A stretch of DNA of 63,099 bases, counting the filler, from a candidate division NPL-UPA2 bacterium Unc8 (lineage in GTDB: Bacteria > NPL-UPA2), in the NCBI GenBank assembly GCA_003574845.1. It is 4 parts of 4 records of this genome, joined end to end, with 100 filler letters (N's around TTAATTAATTAA, not from the genome) between each part and the next. Parts side by side here need not be neighbours in the genome. Positions count along the whole stretch, not along the records: positions 1 to 26,317 come from NDHY01000011.1; positions 26,418 to 49,020 come from NDHY01000013.1; 2 more parts are not named here. One strand, given 5' to 3'. The translations under genes and the position numbers were made by a program. Positions 21,478 through 31,210 of the stretch are shown here, piece after piece; position 1 is the first letter of the stretch; each line of letters begins with the position of its first letter. Under the pieces are notes generated by a model. The model made no database searches. It was not told the origin of the DNA and was given only the letters and a program-made list of their open reading frames with translations.

Positions 21478-22782
21478 ATGACAGGAGAGATAAGAATATC
21501 CCCTCGCGAGGGATTGAGAGGGAAAATCAAAGTTCCCGGAGATAAATCCATTGCTCACCGGGCAGTGATGGTTGCTTCCATTGCCACAGGTCGCTCCGAG
21601 ATTATCGGATTCCCTGAAAATGAAGATTGCCTGAGCACCATCAGAATCTTTCAGGCACTCGGTGTTCAGATTGAAATCACAGGTGACAGGCTAATCATTA
21701 ATGGCAAGGGATTGGGGGGGCTCTCTGAACCGGAAAATGTTCTTGATGCAGGAAATTCAGGGACGACGTTGCGGCTTCTTTTAGGGATTCTTTCCGGTCA
21801 GGATTTTTGCTCTATCATCACTGGAGATGAAAGCCTGAGAAGGAGGCCAATGCGCCGTGTGGTAGAGCCTCTATCCCGGATGGGAGCAGAAATTATCGGA
21901 CGAGGAGAAGAAAACCTTGCTCCAATTGCCATTAAAGGAAAAAAACTGGCGCCCATCAATTATCTCTCTCCTATTGCCAGCGCTCAGGTCAAGTCATCAA
22001 TACTTCTGGCTGGACTGTATGCTGAAGGCGAGACCTCTGTAGAAGAGCCAGCAAAGTCGCGGGACCATACTGAGAGGATGTTGAGACTATTTGGAGCTGA
22101 GATGAAAAATGATGGGCTAAAGGTAGCTGTAAAGGGGCGGGCAAAGCTGGTCGGAAGGGAATTTAGAATCCCTGGAGATATATCATCAGCGTCGTTCTTT
22201 TTAGTTGCAGCGGCTATCTTGCCCAACTCTGAGATTACCATTACAGAAGTAGGGATAAACCCCACGCGTAAGGCAGTGTTGGATGTGTTGGAGGAAATGG
22301 GGGTAAAGGTAAATCTCACCAATGTCAGAGAAGGCATACCTGAGCCAGTGGCTGATATAACCGTAAGAAGTGCAAAGCCCTTAAAACCAGTCAACCTCAA
22401 GGGAGAGATGGTTATTAGAATAATTGATGAGATTCCCATTCTAACTGTCGTTGCCTCCCTGGCTGATGGAGAGTCTTCAATCCTGGGAGCAGGAGAGCTG
22501 AGAGTTAAGGAAACAGACCGCATCAGGGCATTAAGAGTAAACTTGACCAGGCTGGGTGTAAGAGTGAGAGAAGTTAGTGATGGGTTGATAATTCAGGGAG
22601 GAAGCCATCTTCAGGAAAGAGATAGCCTTGACAGTTATGGCGACCATAGAATAGCGATGGCAATGATTATTGCTGCTATGGCGTCAAAAAAAGGGGCAAC
22701 TGTCTTAAACACTGATTGTATCAATACCTCTTTTCCTCAATTTATGAACATATTAAATACCTGTAATTACTCAGGTGGATAG
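21478..22782 (+). CDS. aroA: EPSP synthase (class II type)
   Basis: PGDKSIAHR, DAGNSGTT, RPM, SAQVKS, RDHTE, IDEIP, RVKETDR, DHRIAM. Confidence 0.97.
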   Translation: MTGEIRISPREGLRGKIKVPGDKSIAHRAVMVASIATGRSEIIGFPENEDCLSTIRIFQALGVQIEITGDRLIINGKGLGGLSEPENVLDAGNSGTTLRLLLGILSGQDFCSIITGDESLRRRPMRRVVEPLSRMGAEIIGRGEENLAPIAIKGKKLAPINYLSPIASAQVKSSILLAGLYAEGETSVEEPAKSRDHTERMLRLFGAEMKNDGLKVAVKGRAKLVGREFRIPGDISSASFFLVAAAILPNSEITITEVGINPTRKAVLDVLEEMGVKVNLTNVREGIPEPVADITVRSAKPLKPVNLKGEMVIRIIDEIPILTVVASLADGESSILGAGELRVKETDRIRALRVNLTRLGVRVREVSDGLIIQGGSHLQERDSLDSYGDHRIAMAMIIAAMASKKGATVLNTDCINTSFPQFMNILNTCNYSGG

Positions 22783-22890
22783 GCTGTAGACTGCAAGGGT
22801 TCAGAATTCTGACTTCTGAATTCTGACTCCTGACTTCTGACTTCTGGCTTCTGACTCCTGAGTAGTTTTGACTGGTGCACTGGTAACCAG
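22763..22890. repeat. Heptamer array (TTCTGAC/TCCTGAC) enclosed by inverted termini GTAATTACTCAGG / CCTGAGTAGTT
   Basis: Termini at 22763-22775 and 22857-22867; the element encodes the last aroA codons and stop. Confidence 0.8.
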
Positions 22891-22902
22891 TAGAGGGGAA
22901 TT

Positions 22903-23646
22903 ATGTCGGGACATTCTAAATGGGCAGGGATAAAACATAAGAAAGCTATCGTTGACGCCAAGCGGGGAAAGTTATTTACCAGGCTAATCAAGGAAATAAC
23001 GGTAGCTGCAAAACAAGGAGGTGGCGACCCGGGAGCCAATCCGCGCTTGAGAGCAGCGATACAGAACGCCCGCGATGCCAATATGCCGGCGACAAACATT
23101 GAACGGGCAATCAAGAAAGGAACCGGAGAGCTACCAGGAGTTCACTATGAAGAGATGACCATTGAAGGCTACGGCCCCAGCGGAGTAGCAATTATGGCTG
23201 AGATTTTAACAGATAATCGCAACCGAACCCTATCCGAAATAAGGCATCTTTTTACAAAATATGACGGAAATATCGGGGAGAACGGGTGTGTCGCCTGGCT
23301 ATTTCACAAAAAAGGAGTTTTGACCTTCTCCGCCAAAGATTATAGTGAAGACGATCTTATGGAGCTCAGTATTGAAGCAGGGGCAGAGGATTTCAAAAAC
23401 GACGGGGACACTTTTGTAGTTACATCATCGCCGAAGGACTTCGCCAAATTAAAGGAGATGCTTATTGCCAATGGAATTACACCAACAGTTGCAGAAGTTA
23501 CAATGATTCCAAAGAACACAATTAAGGTTGATGGAAAAGATGCAAAGCAAACTCTTCGCATAGTAGAAGCACTGGAAGAACATGACGATGTCCAGCACAC
23601 TTACTCCAATTTTGACATACCTGACGAGTTATTAGAGGAAGAGTAA
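22903..23646 (+). CDS. yebC: YebC/PmpR family protein
   Basis: MSGHSKWAGIKHKK, EGYGPSG, TDNRNRT, DDVQ; upstream of ruvCAB. Confidence 0.97.
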   Translation: MSGHSKWAGIKHKKAIVDAKRGKLFTRLIKEITVAAKQGGGDPGANPRLRAAIQNARDANMPATNIERAIKKGTGELPGVHYEEMTIEGYGPSGVAIMAEILTDNRNRTLSEIRHLFTKYDGNIGENGCVAWLFHKKGVLTFSAKDYSEDDLMELSIEAGAEDFKNDGDTFVVTSSPKDFAKLKEMLIANGITPTVAEVTMIPKNTIKVDGKDAKQTLRIVEALEEHDDVQHTYSNFDIPDELLEEE

Positions 23647-24138
23647 ATGAGGGTATTAGGGATTGACCCGGGAACAGTGGTTCTCGGATATGGAGTAGTG
23701 GAAGAAAAAGCAGGAAGCCGCATTCTGAAGCTTGTTACTACAGGTGTAATCACGACCTCGGCAGAGTTAACCTTTCCGGAGCGTCTGCACCATATATCCC
23801 GGGAAGTAACACAGCTTATCAAAGAACAGCGCCCTGACTCAATGGCAGTGGAGGAGCCATTTCTTGCCAAAAACGCAAAGATGGCGCTGCAGATGGGAAA
23901 GGTCCTCGGCGTAGTAATAGTGGCAGGAGTCAATGCTGGATTAGAGATTACCGGCTATAGCCCATTAGAGATGAAACAAGCAATCGTTGGCTATGGCAGG
24001 GCAGAAAAAAAGCAGGTGCAAGAAATGGTAAAGGTCATTCTTCATCTAAATGAAATCCCACGACTTGATGACGCTGCCGATGCCCTCGGGATTGCTATCT
24101 GCCATCTTCATACTGTACAAAGTAGCAGAGGCACATAG
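23647..24138 (+). CDS. ruvC: Holliday junction resolvase RuvC
   Basis: LGIDPG, GYGRAEKKQV, DDAADALGIAICH. Confidence 0.97.
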   Translation: MRVLGIDPGTVVLGYGVVEEKAGSRILKLVTTGVITTSAELTFPERLHHISREVTQLIKEQRPDSMAVEEPFLAKNAKMALQMGKVLGVVIVAGVNAGLEITGYSPLEMKQAIVGYGRAEKKQVQEMVKVILHLNEIPRLDDAADALGIAICHLHTVQSSRGT

Positions 24139-24376
24139 GCACACAGGCATAAAGGCTGAAGAGATAAATTCAAAAATCAAAAGTCAAAATTACAATGCAA
24201 AATTCAAAATTTAAAGTTGATTTAAAAAACTTTTAACTTTTAACTTGCACTTTTGCCTTTTAACTTTTAAATTAGTTCTTAAATTAGTGATTGGTGACCA
24301 GTTACCATTTACCATTTACCATTCACCAATTTGGTTTACGGTTCACAGTTCTGTATTCTGACTCCTGAGCAGTTAC
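24121..24376. repeat. Composite, partly self-complementary short-repeat block between ruvC and ruvA
   Basis: AGGCACA 8-mers, A-rich TCAAAA heptads facing TTTTAAC heptads, TTACCAT heptads, ends CTGACTCCTGAGCAGTTAC. Confidence 0.85.
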
Positions 24377-24381
24377 AAATT

Positions 24382-24981
24382 ATGATTGACTTCCTTAAAG
24401 GTAAAATAGAGACAAAGTTTCCCACCTATGTCATCTTAGAAGTTGGTGGAGTAGGATATGGAGTGCATATTCCTATTTCTACTTATAACTTCCTGCCAGG
24501 GGTGAACGAACAGGTTACTCTTCATACATTCCTTTATGTGCGTGAGGATTGCCTTCATCTTTATGGTTTTTACTCCAATGAGGAAAAGGAATTGTTTGAA
24601 ATGCTTATCTCTACTTCTGGAGTTGGACCACGAGTAGCGCTGAGAATGCTTTCTGCGACCCCCGTTTCCCGGATTAAAGAGGCAATCAATGAGGAAGATA
24701 TTCCTCAACTAATGACAATCCCGGGGGTTGGCAAAAAAACGGCTCAAAGGTTGGTCATTGAATTAAAGGAGAAAATAGGAGTCTCACTCACTGCTAAGAA
24801 AACCGAAGAGACAGCACGCGCCCCTGATGAGATAGAGTTAATAAATGACGCAATCTCTGCTCTTGTCTCGCTTGGCTGCAAAAGAGTTGCGGCGGTAAAG
24901 GTAGTGAAAGAAAGATACGTTGCGGCAGAACAGGCGCTCACGCTGGAGGAACTGATTAAGGAGGCGTTAAAATACCTGTGA
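24382..24981 (+). CDS. ruvA: Holliday junction branch migration protein RuvA
   Basis: [35 protein letters not shown]; true start at ATG 24382 rather than 24331. Confidence 0.96.
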   Translation: MIDFLKGKIETKFPTYVILEVGGVGYGVHIPISTYNFLPGVNEQVTLHTFLYVREDCLHLYGFYSNEEKELFEMLISTSGVGPRVALRMLSATPVSRIKEAINEEDIPQLMTIPGVGKKTAQRLVIELKEKIGVSLTAKKTEETARAPDEIELINDAISALVSLGCKRVAAVKVVKERYVAAEQALTLEELIKEALKYL

Positions 24982-25976
24982 AGGAAAATATTGTTACGCC
25001 ACAGCGGATGGGAGAGGATGAGGTATTTGATGTCCAACTTCGCCCACAGTCACTTGATGAATTTATTGGGCAAGAGAAGCTAAAAGAAAGACTAAGTATT
25101 TTTATTGAGGCGGCCCGCGGGCGCGATGAGGGGCTTGACCATGTCCTGCTTTATGGACCTCCCGGGTTAGGAAAGACAACCCTTGCCAACATCATTGCCA
25201 GGGAAATGAGAGCAAATATAAACTCCACTTCTGGCCCGGTAATTGAGAAACCAATTGATTTATCAGCCATTCTGAGCCATCTTCAGAAAGGAGATATCCT
25301 CTTCCTTGATGAGGTACACCGCCTGAACTATACAGTTGAAGAAATCCTCTACCCGGCAATGGAGGAGTACAAGCTGGACATTATGATTGGCAAGGGCCCG
25401 GGTGCCAGGTCTATAAAGCTTGACTTGCCTCGTTATACATTAATAGGAGCGACGACGCGGGCAGGGCTTCTAACTCCACCTTTGCGAGCAAGATTTGGCA
25501 TTGTTATCCGACTTGGATATTACAATACCGAGGAGATGGAGCGCATTGTGAAGCGCTCAGCAGAGATTCTTCAGATTAAAATTGACAACGAAGGCGCTCT
25601 TGAAATTGCCAGAAGGTCACGCGGGACCCCACGTATTGCCAATAGACTCCTGCGCCGTGTCCGAGACTATGCTCAGGTGAGAGCGGACAATATAATTCTG
25701 CAAGAGGTTGCCAATAAGGCGCTCAGGATGCTGGAAGTTGACGAGCATGGACTTGATGATATGGATAAAATGATTCTCTCAACAATAGTCAAAAAATTTA
25801 ACGGCGGTCCCGTAGGTGTAAACAGCCTTTCAGTAGCAGTTGGCGAGGAAGCAGACACAATCAAGGAAGTGTATGAGCCCTATCTTATTCAGGAGGGTTA
25901 CCTGGACCGCACTTCCTCCGGAAGGCGAGCAACAAAAAAGGCATATGAGTGCCTCAATCTCCCCTACAAACAGTAA
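24978..25976 (+). CDS. ruvB: Holliday junction helicase RuvB
   Basis: [39 protein letters not shown]. Confidence 0.98.
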   Translation: MKENIVTPQRMGEDEVFDVQLRPQSLDEFIGQEKLKERLSIFIEAARGRDEGLDHVLLYGPPGLGKTTLANIIAREMRANINSTSGPVIEKPIDLSAILSHLQKGDILFLDEVHRLNYTVEEILYPAMEEYKLDIMIGKGPGARSIKLDLPRYTLIGATTRAGLLTPPLRARFGIVIRLGYYNTEEMERIVKRSAEILQIKIDNEGALEIARRSRGTPRIANRLLRRVRDYAQVRADNIILQEVANKALRMLEVDEHGLDDMDKMILSTIVKKFNGGPVGVNSLSVAVGEEADTIKEVYEPYLIQEGYLDRTSSGRRATKKAYECLNLPYKQ

Positions 25977-26116
25977 AGAAAGGTTTCAAAATATCAAGGT
26001 GTCTATTTTCCCCTTGACCCATTTCACTCCTTCTGATATTTTCTAAACAATAAATACAAAGTGCAGAGTGCAAATTACTACCTACTCATTTTACCCGAAC
26101 AGAGTGAGGGTTAGCT

Positions 26117-26206
26117 GGAGAAGTGCCCGAGTGGCTTAAGGGGCGTGCCTGGAGAGCACGTGTGGGTTTATGCTCACCCCGGGTTCGAATCCCGGCTTCT
26201 CCGCCA
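26117..26206 (+). tRNA. tRNA-Ser(GGA), CCA encoded
   Basis: GGAGAAG...CTTCTCC-GCCA; CGTGC-CTGGAGA-GCACG anticodon arm; long variable arm; GTTCGAATC. Confidence 0.95.
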
Positions 26207-26317
26207 TTCAGGAAACTGGGGGGAATTGGCGAGAATTCCCCCCCCACACCCCCCTTCCGCCCGCCTCGCCTTGAATCCGAGCGGAAAAGCAAACTGCCAA
26301 AGAACCTGTGAAAAATG

Positions 26318-26417
26318 NNNNNNNNNNNNNNNNNNNNNNNNNNNNNNNNNNNNNNNNNNNNTTAATTAATTAANNNNNNNNNNNNNNNNNNNNNNNNNNN
26401 NNNNNNNNNNNNNNNNN
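26318..26417. other. Artificial contig linker / assembly gap
   Basis: N run containing the six-frame stop spacer TTAATTAATTAA. Confidence 0.97.
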
Positions 26418-26610
26418 AACTTAACCGACGAGCCCGCCAGTCAAAAAACCAAGGATTATAATCAGAAAAGAATTTGCCGCCAAACCCCAGTAGCAGAAAC
26501 TTCGTTTCGCTACGGGGCAGGGAAAAACTTGAAATCGTCCAATCCGAAAGGGTCGCTTCTGCGGGTAGTCTATGGACTATGGTCTATAGTCTTACTGAGG
26601 GATAGCTTGT

Positions 26611-28173
26611 ATGAGTTATATTGTTTTAGCAAGAAAGTGGCGACCTCAGAGCTTTGCTGAGGTAATAGGACAGGAGCATGTATCCCGCACGTTGACAAAT
26701 GCGATTCTCAACGATAAGGTGGCTCATGCCTATGCCTTTGCCGGGCCAAGAGGAATAGGGAAAACAACCACCGCAAGGCTCTTATCAAAGTCACTCAACT
26801 GCGAGGAGGGGATAACAGTCAAGCCCTGCAATAACTGCTCATCCTGCCAGGAGATTGCAAATGGGATAAGCCTTGACGTTTTAGAAATAGACGGAGCTTC
26901 CAACCGCGGCATAGATAACATCAGGGCATTGAAAGATAATGTTAGGCTTGTTCCTAGCCGCGACCGCTTCAAAATCTATATCATTGATGAAGTGCACATG
27001 CTCACTACCGAGGCCTTTAATGCCCTGCTCAAGACACTGGAAGAACCGCCGGTACATGTCAAGTTCATGCTGGCAACAACAATGGCACATAAAGTGCCGC
27101 TAACAATCCTGTCACGCTGCCAGAAATTTGATTTTAAGAGAATTGGCGCCCCTGAACTGGTCAAAAGGTTACAGTTCATTGCTGAAGAGGAAAAACTGGA
27201 TGTGGAGGAATCAGCTTTCTTTGCCATTGCTTATGGGGCAGATGGAAGCATGAGGGACGCCCTATCTATCCTTGACCAGTTAGCATTATTCTCTGAGGGG
27301 AAGATAAAAGAAGATGAGGTAAAAGCAGTTCTCGGAGTCGTTGCTACAGAAAGCCTCTTCTCAATTACTGATGCAATAATCTCTGGAGATAGATTAAAAG
27401 GCATAGAGATTATCAACGCCGTCATTGATTACGGAAAGGACCTTCACCTTTTTTTCAAGAGTTTGATTCAGCATTTTAGAAATATAATTGTTGCCAATCT
27501 CGGGATGGGTGAGGCCGGACTCATTGACCTTCCCCCGGAAAGCCTGAAGAAACTGAAAAGCCAGGCAATGCAGTTCACTATGGAAGAGGCAGAGAAAGCA
27601 ATCGCTATACTTGCTGATGCCGAGGAAAGATTGAGAAAAGTGGGAGGCGGGCAAATATCGCTGGAATTAGCCATTCTCAAATTAATTGAAATAAAAGGAA
27701 TTCCTCCTAAAGCCCCCTCCCCAGAAAAACTTAAACCGTTACCCGAAAGTTCTCCGCCTACAGCAGCTTCAGAAGAACCCGGCGAGAAAACAACGTTGTC
27801 ACTGGAAAGTGTGCTAAAAAATTGGCCGCTTGTGCTGGAAAAGATAAAAAATGAGAAAATATCAGTCTGGACTTTCCTGAAAGAGGGAAAGCTAACAAAA
27901 CTGAGCAATGAAATAATAACAATTACTTTTCCAGGCAAGCTTTTATTCTACAAGGAGTCACTTGAGCGCCCGGCGACACAACGGTTCGTTGAAAAAGTGT
28001 TGGTGGATGTATTTGCTCGCAGGCTGGGTATTAAATGCATTATTTCAGAGGAAAAGCAAAGCGACATCAAAGAAAAAAGTGTAAGCGATGTTCCCGATGA
28101 AAGGGTCAAGACTATTCTTAATATATTCAATGGTCAAATTGTAGAAGCTAATGAACATAAATTAAATGTATAG
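26611..28173 (+). CDS. dnaX: DNA polymerase III subunit gamma/tau
   Basis: LARKWRP, GPRGIGKTT, Zn Cys cluster, IDEVHML, LSRCQ. Confidence 0.98.
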   Translation: MSYIVLARKWRPQSFAEVIGQEHVSRTLTNAILNDKVAHAYAFAGPRGIGKTTTARLLSKSLNCEEGITVKPCNNCSSCQEIANGISLDVLEIDGASNRGIDNIRALKDNVRLVPSRDRFKIYIIDEVHMLTTEAFNALLKTLEEPPVHVKFMLATTMAHKVPLTILSRCQKFDFKRIGAPELVKRLQFIAEEEKLDVEESAFFAIAYGADGSMRDALSILDQLALFSEGKIKEDEVKAVLGVVATESLFSITDAIISGDRLKGIEIINAVIDYGKDLHLFFKSLIQHFRNIIVANLGMGEAGLIDLPPESLKKLKSQAMQFTMEEAEKAIAILADAEERLRKVGGGQISLELAILKLIEIKGIPPKAPSPEKLKPLPESSPPTAASEEPGEKTTLSLESVLKNWPLVLEKIKNEKISVWTFLKEGKLTKLSNEIITITFPGKLLFYKESLERPATQRFVEKVLVDVFARRLGIKCIISEEKQSDIKEKSVSDVPDERVKTILNIFNGQIVEANEHKLNV

Positions 28174-28196
28174 GAATTTCAAGGAGGGGACGCCAA

Positions 28197-28535
28197 ATGT
28201 ACGACTTCAACATAAGTAAGTTATTCAACTATGGGAAAGAGATTCAAAAAAACATGGCTAAAATTAAGAATGAGCTTAAAACGATGACAATTGAATCAAC
28301 AGCCGGTGGTGGCATGGTCACCGTCATTGTAAATGGAGAAGGACACATTCTATCACTAAAAATAGACCCGACAGTTGTGGACCCCAATGACATTGAGATG
28401 ATAGAAGACCTCGTTACTTCTGCCGTAAATGATGGACTACGTAGAGCACATGAGGCAATGACCGAGAAGATGGAGAAAATTACCAGAGAAATGAGTATCC
28501 CGAAGCTCGGGTCATTGTTAGGAGCAGGAGATTAA
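28197..28535 (+). CDS. ybaB: YbaB/EbfC nucleoid-associated protein
   Basis: AGGGMVTV, IEDLVTSAVND; dnaX-ybaB-recR synteny. Confidence 0.95.
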   Translation: MYDFNISKLFNYGKEIQKNMAKIKNELKTMTIESTAGGGMVTVIVNGEGHILSLKIDPTVVDPNDIEMIEDLVTSAVNDGLRRAHEAMTEKMEKITREMSIPKLGSLLGAGD

Positions 28536-28536
28536 T

Positions 28537-29142
28537 ATGTACTCCTACCCGGATTCTTTTTCACGAGTTATAGAGAACCTATCGCGCCTTCCCGGAATAG
28601 GGTACAGAACTGCTGAGCGGCTGGCTATTTTTCTCTTCAAGAGCCCGCCGGAAAAAGTAGGAGAATTAGCCACTGCCATCGCCGAACTTAAGAAAAGAGT
28701 AAGTTACTGCAAATTGTGCGGAAATTTTACTTCAAATGAGCTTTGTTCAATTTGTTCAAGTGCTAAACGAGACCATTCAATAATTTGCGTTGTTGAAGAA
28801 GCAAAAGACATCATTGCCATAGAGAAAGCAAATCAGTATCGTGGGCTATACCACGTTCTCAAGGGGGCAATTTCTCCTCTTGACGGAATAGGTCCGGATG
28901 ACCTTGCCATAGGAGAGCTTATGGAGCGAGTAAAGGATGGTAGCATAAAAGAAGTGATTTTGGCTACCAATACCAGCGCCGAAGGAGAAACTACGGCAAA
29001 TTACCTGTGTCAGCAGCTAAAACCATCAAGAGCAAAACTTACCAGGATTGCCTGCGGAATCCCGGTTGGCAGTAGCCTGGAATACATAGATGAAATTACA
29101 CTTGGAAAATCTCTCACCGCCAGAGTAGAAATGACAGGTTAA
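28537..29142 (+). CDS. recR: Recombination mediator RecR
   Basis: LPGIGYRTAERL, C4 zinc finger, ICVVE, YHVLKG, EGETTA. Confidence 0.97.
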   Translation: MYSYPDSFSRVIENLSRLPGIGYRTAERLAIFLFKSPPEKVGELATAIAELKKRVSYCKLCGNFTSNELCSICSSAKRDHSIICVVEEAKDIIAIEKANQYRGLYHVLKGAISPLDGIGPDDLAIGELMERVKDGSIKEVILATNTSAEGETTANYLCQQLKPSRAKLTRIACGIPVGSSLEYIDEITLGKSLTARVEMTG

Positions 29143-29159
29143 CATTCAGAGCCAACCAT

Positions 29160-29232
29160 TCCCCGGTAGCTCAGTTGGTAGAGCAGGTGGCTGTTAACCA
29201 CCGCGCCGCAAGTTCGAGTCTTGCCCGGGGAG
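29160..29232 (+). tRNA. tRNA-Asn(GTT), CCA not encoded
   Basis: TCCCCGG...CCGGGGA-G; GGTGG-CTGTTAA-CCACC; GTTCGAGTC. Confidence 0.95.
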
Positions 29233-29308
29233 TTAGCATTTTCAGATACGAACTTATTTTCAAATCAGGGGACACAATACTATTTCCCTTTCTTCCTGCG
29301 TTCCATTT

Positions 29309-29728
29309 TTAACTTATTTGCGAAGCGAGATATTTGCTCAGTTCTTCAAACCGCTCTTTATTCCTATTGTAAAAAGGAAGTAACCTGTGGTATTCTTTTA
29401 CCTTCTGCGCATCCTTTATTTCCCTAATTTGGATGCTCTTAGGAAGTCGCTTCTTGACATTGTGATAGGCGCCGATGAAAATGATTCCTGTCTCACCGTG
29501 ATTTAGGGTCTCATCTATTCTTCTGGCAATAAATTTATCTCTTCTGCTCAGAAGTCTATTTTTGGTCAATTTATATTTCATAAATGCGATTAATTTCTGT
29601 GCAGTTGACTTAGCCTGTGTTATGGCAACCAATCTATCTCGTTCTTTCTTAACAAGTTTAAAATCTTCTGTCTTAACTAAAATAGCCCCTCTTTGAAGGA
29701 GCCTTGAGACTAGCTGGTAATTTTTACT
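29309..29728 (-). pseudogene. 5'-truncated fragment of a hypothetical protein
   Basis: Frame stays open upstream of the called TTG (SKNYQLVSRLLQRGAILVKTEDFKLV...) to a stop at 29750 with no ATG/SD; RDKFIARRI...IFIGAYH looks like a real protein C-terminus. Confidence 0.55.
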
Positions 29729-29813
29729 TAACGCCTTTGTTTTACCAATTTATTGTACAGGGGCAAGGACATAATTTCATATAGATTTTTGATGAGGCAA
29801 TTCGTGGGCAATC

Positions 29814-30122
29814 CTACTTGCTGCGGGTATGGATATAAAGAGCAATGAGGGCGCCAACGAGGGTAGAAAGAGTTAACCTTGTGCTAATTCCAAATGTAAA
29901 GTTAAGAATATGAAGATTGATTTCTCGCGGCGCAAGCTCGGGGGTAATGCCTTCAATGAAGAGTTGGTGAATGATACTTGCCTTATCGGTAAAAAAGACT
30001 CCGATTATCTCTCCTGCAGTGGTTCCGATGAGTGTTCCAATAATTAAGGCAAGCAACAGAAACCAGTTATTATTTTTTCTTCCAGTTTTAGCTTTTGTTG
30101 CTCTCACTAACCTCCTATACAT
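29814..30122 (-). CDS. Small membrane protein (DUF4321-like)
   Basis: Two hydrophobic segments LALIIGTLIG...GEII and INLHILNFTFGIS...LVGALIALYI; GGAGG SD before ATG 30122. Confidence 0.65.
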   Translation of the reverse strand: MYRRLVRATKAKTGRKNNNWFLLLALIIGTLIGTTAGEIIGVFFTDKASIIHQLFIEGITPELAPREINLHILNFTFGISTRLTLSTLVGALIALYIHTRSK

Positions 30123-30913
30123 ATCATCGCCTCCTTTGTTGTAATTACCTTTTTTGGGCATTCTTCAACACAGAGATAGCACTGATTGCACTTTTCGTAG
30201 TCAATCCTGGCTAAGTAATCCTCAAGCATTATTGCCTCCTGAGGACAGACCTTGACACACTTTCCACATCCAATACAACCCACCTCACACACTTTTGTCA
30301 CTTCTCTGCCTCTACTGTGTAAGCTGCAGGTAATGAGAGGCTCTTCTTTCTCTGAAAAAAGACGCAACACTCCCTTAGGGCAACTTTTTATACACTTTCC
30401 ACATCCAACGCAGAGTTCCGGAGAGATTAGAGGGAGACCATCTTTTCCCATCATAATTGCTCCAAAAGAGCAGGCTTTGCGGCAACTTCCCAGATGAATA
30501 CATCCTGATTGACAGGAGCCATTTCCTCCGAAAAGAAGTGAAAGAGGTTGACAATCGCTTATTCCCTGGTAAATAAATCTCTCTCCTGTTTTATCTCTCC
30601 CGCCACGGCAAAGAAGGACAGCAACTTGTCTCTCCCTGGCCTCTACATTCACTTCAAAAAGCTCTCCAAGAGAATGTGAGACCTCCGAGCCGCCTGCCAG
30701 GCAACCACCAACATCTGTCTTTTTGCTGACGAGCTCGTCAGCAAAAAGCTGGCAACTTGCTTTGCCACAGGCACCGCAGTTTGTTCCCGGAAGTATCTTA
30801 AGAACTTTCTCAAGAACAGGGTCAATTTTGATTGAGAACTTCCTTGAAGCCAGCACCAGCCCAATAGCGAAGAGAATGCCCAATCCCGTCAAACTTAGTA
30901 TTGCTGGTAACAT
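30107..30913 (-). CDS. rnfB: RnfB-type electron transport subunit (membrane anchor, Fe-S domain, polyferredoxin)
   Basis: N-terminal TM, LPGTNCGACGKASC, several CxxCxxCxxxCP motifs. Confidence 0.88.
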   Translation of the reverse strand: MLPAILSLTGLGILFAIGLVLASRKFSIKIDPVLEKVLKILPGTNCGACGKASCQLFADELVSKKTDVGGCLAGGSEVSHSLGELFEVNVEARERQVAVLLCRGGRDKTGERFIYQGISDCQPLSLLFGGNGSCQSGCIHLGSCRKACSFGAIMMGKDGLPLISPELCVGCGKCIKSCPKGVLRLFSEKEEPLITCSLHSRGREVTKVCEVGCIGCGKCVKVCPQEAIMLEDYLARIDYEKCNQCYLCVEECPKKVITTKEAMICIGG

Positions 30914-30931
30914 AATGACTACCTGATATAA

Positions 30932-30960
30932 AGCCTACTACACCCCAAAAATCCCGTCAA
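30932..30960 (-). promoter_or_regulatory. Candidate sigma70 promoter for rnfB
   Basis: TTGACG-17 nt-TAGGCT just upstream of the start codon. Confidence 0.45.
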
Positions 30961-30964
30961 GAAA

Positions 30965-31200
30965 AATTGGTCAATAGTCAATGGTCAATGGTCTATGGTC
31001 TATGGTCTATGGTCAATGGTCTATGGTCTATGGTCAATGGTGAATGAGGGTCAGGAGTCAGGAGTCAGAATCCAGAAGCCAGAATTCTGGACTGTGAACT
31101 GCCTGCCTGTGCGGTTGCACGCAGACAGGTGGACTGTGGACTGTGAACTATGGACTGTATTTGAACCGTGAACCAAATTGGTGATTATTGACTATTGACT
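30965..31200. repeat. Nested heptamer block downstream of ftsZ
   Basis: About ten TGGTC(A/T)A units, TCAGGAG/CCAGAAG units, CTGTG(A/G)A units interrupted by a 28-nt hairpin (31102-31129), AACCAAATTGGTGA, closing ATTGACTATTGAC. Confidence 0.88.
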
Positions 31201-31210
31201 GCTGCTCTGG

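Noticed and set aside
22767-23114. ORFs with repetitive peptides (RSQKPEVRSQESEFRSQ; also 37668-37853, 59370-59585, and the 24331-24381 extension of ruvA)
   Set aside because: Translations of the heptamer/octamer DNA repeats, not genes.
26362-26373. TTAATTAATTAA palindrome occurring three times
   Set aside because: Always centred in a 100-nt N block; a standard artificial contig linker, not biology.
28073-28079. AAAAAAG slippery-like heptamer in dnaX
   Set aside because: Only about 30 codons from the stop and no evident downstream stimulatory hairpin; unlikely to be a gamma/tau frameshift site.
30965-31200. Heptamer blocks as CRISPR arrays
   Set aside because: No constant 25-40 nt repeat with unique spacers.
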